Shown here: piece after piece, positions 60,233-64,000 of the stretch
Layout: the number at the start of each line of letters is the position of its first letter
How positions within the stretch are numbered: position 1 is the first letter of the stretch
Assembly: GCA_023145475.1 (NCBI GenBank)
Contig: JAGLDR010000076.1
Span: 5,488-69,487 of the forward strand
Reading direction: 5' to 3'
Length of the DNA stretch: 64,000 bases
Source: a bacterium
Lineage (GTDB): Bacteria; UBP6; UBA1177; JAGLDR01
The notes under the pieces: generated by a model
What the model saw: the letters and a program-made list of their open reading frames with translations, nothing else
Told to the model about the DNA's origin: nothing
Databases searched by the model: none
Translations under genes and position numbers: made by a program

Positions 60233-62329
60233 TTAACTTCCGCCAGTCCCAACTTTTTTACCAGGAACGATAATCAACACTTCGCGCGTACTGAGAACAG
60301 TACCTTGACCACGAACATTTATCTGAGCTCTAAAAAGTGTTGCCTCTGTCGTTTCAGGCTCATAGATGTTGTTTTGGAATGTAACATCAAAAAGAACCGT
60401 TGTGCCAGGTGTAACACCGTAAAATGTTGTAGTGTCTTTTGAGGTGTAGGCCTCAATAGGCTCAGTCGAATTTGGAATAACCGCATTGATAAATTGAGTG
60501 GTATCAACTCCGTGAAGATTGTCAATTGACTCTGTAACAGTATTTACATCCATCAAAATATTGTGAACTAAATCACTAACTGCATCAACAACCTGTGTAG
60601 AAAGTCCCGTTCCATTTGCGGCGATAGTATAATAGTAATAGGAGCCATCAGCTCTTTTGGAGTCTGTTCCTTCAGAGACAGCATTGTAATCGGCTGTTGG
60701 ATCAGTCTGGTCTGAGATTGACTTGATTCCGATGAATTTAGCATTAATAGCATTCATTGCTGCAATCGCCTGTGCTCTTGTATGACCGGGAGTTGACCCT
60801 GATGCCCATCGAACACCACTTTCGCCTTGAAAGCCGTATCCAGCAAATGCCTCATCAGTAATCATAATATATATTGGGAGTGAGTCTTGTCTAAAACATG
60901 CTCCACCAATTGTGTCTCCTGAACAAGTAGCTGCCGGAATAGAAGGACTTACCAATGTTTTCCAATCACAACTTCCCCACTCATCACAATCTTCGTACTC
61001 AATTCTTGAGTTAAATCCTTCACCTGTTGCTGATTGATAGAGTGCCTCTTCGTGAGGTTCATATCGGCCACCCTTCAAAGAGAGTGCATTAACTGCAGCG
61101 GTTACAACGGCAGCATCTGTTGTTATTGGCGTCAAAGCATAAGGAGCGTCTTGCCATGTTCCAAATCCAACAAGGCCAAAGGCTGCACTTGGAATTTCAC
61201 TGTTAATTCCTGAAATAATAGTGTTGTTTATACCACTTTTAAGATTTCCAAGCTCTCCATCCATTGTGCCAGAAAGATCGACAAGAATAAGAATATCTGC
61301 AAATTGAATATCGGTGGTAAAATCAAGCGGCTTATCGGTCTCTGGCTCTTCGTATGGCAAGACAACATAAAAAACATCTGCCGGAATACCAAGAGCTGGA
61401 TCAAGCACATATTCAGCACCAGTATGATCTGGATCGATCTGCTCACCGTATGCATTCTCAACATTATCATCAAAACCATCACCATCAGTATCAGACTCTT
61501 TTGCATTACTGCCAATCGATGCTTCGTAAGAGTCCGTCAAACCATCATTATCAGAGTCAAAATCGAGAAAATCAGGAATTTTATCATCATCACTGTCAAT
61601 AGGAGGCTCTGATCCACCACTCTCCTCACTATCAAGCATTGTATCGCCATCAGAATCGGTATCTAAAAAATTCGGCAGACCATCTTTATCAGTATCTTTC
61701 AATCCTTCATATAAATCAGAGATTCCATCGCCATCAGAGTCACTATCCATATAATCAGCAACGCCATCGCCATCAGAATCAACAGGTGATTCAGGATCAC
61801 TCCCCGCCTCTATACCATCAGAGATGTTGTCATTATCTGAATCGGTATCTCGGTAGTTGACTGCACCATCGCCATCGGTATCTTCAACACCTTCAACAGA
61901 ATCGGGAATACCATCACCGTCACTATCACTGTCTTGATAGTCAGGAGTTCCATCTTCATCAGTGTCAACAGGGACACCATTGGGTGCTTCAACACCATTT
62001 TTTATCCCATCGCCATCTTCATCAGCTTCGGGATCAATCTCAGAAACGGTATCACTCGTATCAGCAGAATCAGCAGAATCAGCAGAATCGGCACTATTGC
62101 CGCTATCGGATGTATCAGCTGTGTCCGAGCTATCTGCGGTATCGGTTGTGTCTCCGATATCCAGAGTATCGCCTGAATCACCACTATCTGAACTGTCAGC
62201 ACTATCGCCTGTATTTGCAGTGTCAGCGGTGTTGCCACTATCAGCGGTATTACCAACTGCCTTTCCCTCTTCGCCACACGAAACAAAAAGAAGCATCGTG
62301 GCCACAATAGTAAATAAAATAGTTCTCAT
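60233..62329 (-). CDS. lipoprotein with acidic low-complexity linker + TSP type-3 Ca-binding repeats + von Willebrand factor A domain
   Basis: MRTILFTIVATMLLFVSCGEEG lipobox; an (ADS/ADT)n linker; repeated DxDxDGxxDxxD motifs (DTDEDGTPDYQDSDSDGDGIPD...); a vWA domain with MIDAS ILVDLSGTMD; ends VPGKKVGTGGS. Confidence 0.65.
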   Translation of the reverse strand: MRTILFTIVATMLLFVSCGEEGKAVGNTADSGNTADTANTGDSADSSDSGDSGDTLDIGDTTDTADSSDTADTSDSGNSADSADSADSADTSDTVSEIDPEADEDGDGIKNGVEAPNGVPVDTDEDGTPDYQDSDSDGDGIPDSVEGVEDTDGDGAVNYRDTDSDNDNISDGIEAGSDPESPVDSDGDGVADYMDSDSDGDGISDLYEGLKDTDKDGLPNFLDTDSDGDTMLDSEESGGSEPPIDSDDDKIPDFLDFDSDNDGLTDSYEASIGSNAKESDTDGDGFDDNVENAYGEQIDPDHTGAEYVLDPALGIPADVFYVVLPYEEPETDKPLDFTTDIQFADILILVDLSGTMDGELGNLKSGINNTIISGINSEIPSAAFGLVGFGTWQDAPYALTPITTDAAVVTAAVNALSLKGGRYEPHEEALYQSATGEGFNSRIEYEDCDEWGSCDWKTLVSPSIPAATCSGDTIGGACFRQDSLPIYIMITDEAFAGYGFQGESGVRWASGSTPGHTRAQAIAAMNAINAKFIGIKSISDQTDPTADYNAVSEGTDSKRADGSYYYYTIAANGTGLSTQVVDAVSDLVHNILMDVNTVTESIDNLHGVDTTQFINAVIPNSTEPIEAYTSKDTTTFYGVTPGTTVLFDVTFQNNIYEPETTEATLFRAQINVRGQGTVLSTREVLIIVPGKKVGTGGS
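62061..62096. repeat. (TCAGCAGAA)x3 + degenerate 4th unit within a ~230-bp simple-sequence tract (62037-62270)
   Basis: tcagcagaa tcagcagaa tcagcagaa tcggcacta. On the minus strand it encodes the (ADS)n acidic linker of the vWA lipoprotein. Confidence 0.7.
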
Positions 62330-62476
62330 AAGTATCCTCCCTTAACAAACACTCTCTACAGTTTAGTTACCGGAAGGTCTGTTTTTTCCGATTTCTACAC
62401 TATTAATATGTAATTATAAGGAATATTTGGAAAAACATCAACCATTATAAAGAAAAAAGAGGGGATTGTGTAGCAA

Positions 62477-64000
62477 TCAGCTTCCGCCGCCGCCTACATC
62501 TTTTCCAGGAACGAGAATATAAACATCGCGGGTATCAAGAACGGTTCCCGCACCAACAACATCAATTTTTGCTTGAAAAAGCTGAGATTCAGTTGTGGTA
62601 TTTTCATAGAAATCATTTTTGAAGGTTACATCAAATATGAGTGTAAGTCCTGGTTTCACATGTTCGAATGTGTTCCCAACAACAATTGTTGGCGCTACAG
62701 CACTACTTGCATCAGGAATAATTGACTCAAGGAATGTTGTTGTATCAGCGACACCAAAGAGGTTGTCTATATGTTTTGTTGCGGTAGCAAGTACATCAAT
62801 TTGCAAATCACCAGCAAGGTCAACAACAGCATCAACAATAGCAGAGGACATACCGGAACCATCACCAGGAATTTGGAAGTTAAATGGATTTCCAACTGAA
62901 TCTAATGATTTTGTCTGTGTTGAAACCGTTGCATAGTTATCCATTGCAACACCAGCACTATCAACACCGATAAACTTTGCGTTAATTGCATTCATAGCGG
63001 CAATTGCTTCAGTCAAAGTTTTTCCACCAGAAGGAATAGTACCAAAACCACCATCTTCATCAGTTATCATAATAAAAATAGGTAACGACCCTGCTCTCCA
63101 TCCTGCAGGCTGAGCGGGAATTGTATAGTCACTTGTACCACCACAACCACCGCCACCACCAGAGAGTGTGCCACCAGCACCAGTTGATGCTTGATAGAGC
63201 GCTTCTGCATGATATTCATCAGATCCACCAGCACCTAAACTGTTAAAGGCTGCTGTCAGTGCAGTATTATCTTTTGTAATTTGTTGATCAACAATATAGG
63301 CATCACTTTCTAGACCAAAAGTAGCAAGACCCATCGCAACATCATCCACTTTTGCGTTAATTCCTGGAAGAATAGTGTTGATAATTCCCGCCTTAAGATT
63401 TGCCAATTCATCACTCATTGAACCAGACATATCCATTATAAAGAAGACATCAACTTGGCTAATAGCAAGCTTAAACTCAAGTGATTTAACAACTGTATCG
63501 GTGAGGTGGTAAGGAAGTACAACATAAAATGTATCTTCAGGGATTCCACTTCCTGCATCAGTTGGATCACTACCAAAAGCTATTTCTGTATTATCGTCAA
63601 TACCGTCGCCGTCAGTATCTGCCAATTTTGGATTTGTACCTAAAGTTGCCTCTTTTGCATCGCTCAGACCATCGTTATCTGAATCTGCATCAAGGAAATC
63701 GGGAACCTTATCGTCATCGCTATCAAGTGGTGGCTCAGCATCACCATTTTCATCGTGATCTGAAATCGTATCACCATCGGCATCAGTATCAATATACGCT
63801 TCAAATCCATCTTTATCGGGATCGGTAATGCCATCATACAAATCTCTAATACCATCATTATCAGAATCGTCATCTAGATAGTTTGGTGTACCATCGTCGT
63901 CAAAGTCAGCTGGCTCTGCTGGAGTTTCGCCAGCTTCAGTTTCATCAGGAATGTTGTCATTATCTGAATCGGTATCACGATAATTCGGTGTTCCATCACC
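62477..64000 (-). CDS. vWA + TSP3-repeat protein, tandem paralog (5' end beyond window)
   Basis: vWA MIDAS FIMDMSGSMSDEL; TSP3 repeats continue in-frame to the window edge (revcomp of 63842-64000 reads GDGTPNYRDTDSDNDNIPDE... with no stop); ends VPGKDVGGGGS like its neighbour. The annotated start at 63841 is a TTG inside the repeat region and is not the true start. Confidence 0.6.
   Translation of the reverse strand, partial: GDGTPNYRDTDSDNDNIPDETEAGETPAEPADFDDDGTPNYLDDDSDNDGIRDLYDGITDPDKDGFEAYIDTDADGDTISDHDENGDAEPPLDSDDDKVPDFLDADSDNDGLSDAKEATLGTNPKLADTDGDGIDDNTEIAFGSDPTDAGSGIPEDTFYVVLPYHLTDTVVKSLEFKLAISQVDVFFIMDMSGSMSDELANLKAGIINTILPGINAKVDDVAMGLATFGLESDAYIVDQQITKDNTALTAAFNSLGAGGSDEYHAEALYQASTGAGGTLSGGGGGCGGTSDYTIPAQPAGWRAGSLPIFIMITDEDGGFGTIPSGGKTLTEAIAAMNAINAKFIGVDSAGVAMDNYATVSTQTKSLDSVGNPFNFQIPGDGSGMSSAIVDAVVDLAGDLQIDVLATATKHIDNLFGVADTTTFLESIIPDASSAVAPTIVVGNTFEHVKPGLTLIFDVTFKNDFYENTTTESQLFQAKIDVVGAGTVLDTRDVYILVPGKDVGGGGS

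Overview
This is a gene-dense bacterial chromosomal window, roughly 40-45% GC by eye. I found no rRNA or tRNA genes, no CRISPR array, and no transposase, integrase or phage genes.

The conserved backbone is, on the minus strand, a rimP-nusA-(ylxR::L7Ae fusion)-infB-rbfA-nrnA-truB operon (3.5-11.0 kb), followed by purH. Elsewhere it holds a family-4 uracil-DNA glycosylase, eno, mutS2, priA, galU, a DksA/TraR-type zinc-finger protein, purF, mazG and rpoZ.

Interleaved with this is a large set of genes for exported proteins:
1. An operon of a small acidic Ser/Thr/Asp-rich secreted protein and a GT-C (PMT/ArnT-like, GT39-type) membrane glycosyltransferase (12.8-15.3 kb).
2. A ~12.5-kb plus-strand island of secreted proteins and lipoproteins (15.4-27.9 kb). 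It contains two sets of intra-window paralogous modules and a 1450-aa mosaic protein with thrombospondin type-3 Ca-binding repeats, LVIVD beta-propeller repeats and a C-terminal Myxococcus-type cysteine-rich repeat.
3. An aspartate:alanine antiporter (AspT-like), an aspartate 4-decarboxylase (AsdA) and a DAACS dicarboxylate/amino-acid symporter (28.0-32.8 kb). This is the textbook proton-motive-force-generating aspartate decarboxylation module.
4. A C25 gingipain-like cysteine peptidase lipoprotein and a small DT(G/S)-repeat, cysteine-rich lipoprotein (40.6-43.3 kb).
5. A Kelch-repeat lipoprotein and a large HExxH...E gluzincin metalloprotease behind a near-consensus sigma70 promoter (53.1-57.4 kb).
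6. An XRE HTH regulator, an OmpR-type winged-helix regulator with a degenerate receiver, and a tandem pair of vWA + TSP3-repeat lipoproteins plus a Cys-rich acidic lipoprotein (57.5-64.0 kb, last gene 5'-partial).

Six lipoproteins in the window share the same architecture: lipobox Cys, then a long Asp/Ser/Thr-rich disordered linker encoded by simple-sequence DNA, then a globular domain. Taken with the GT-C glycosyltransferase, this suggests a protein O-glycosylation or surface-decoration theme.

Domain content (Myxo Cys-rich repeat, TSP3, acidic-linker lipoproteins, many proteases) points to a predatory or proteolytic delta-proteobacterial-type lineage (Myxococcota/Bdellovibrionota-like). That assignment is inference only.

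Other oddities: an orphan HgdC/BadF-type [4Fe-4S] radical-enzyme activase between mazG and rpoZ, a eukaryote-typical S10 serine carboxypeptidase-like lipoprotein, and a ylxR-L7Ae gene fusion.
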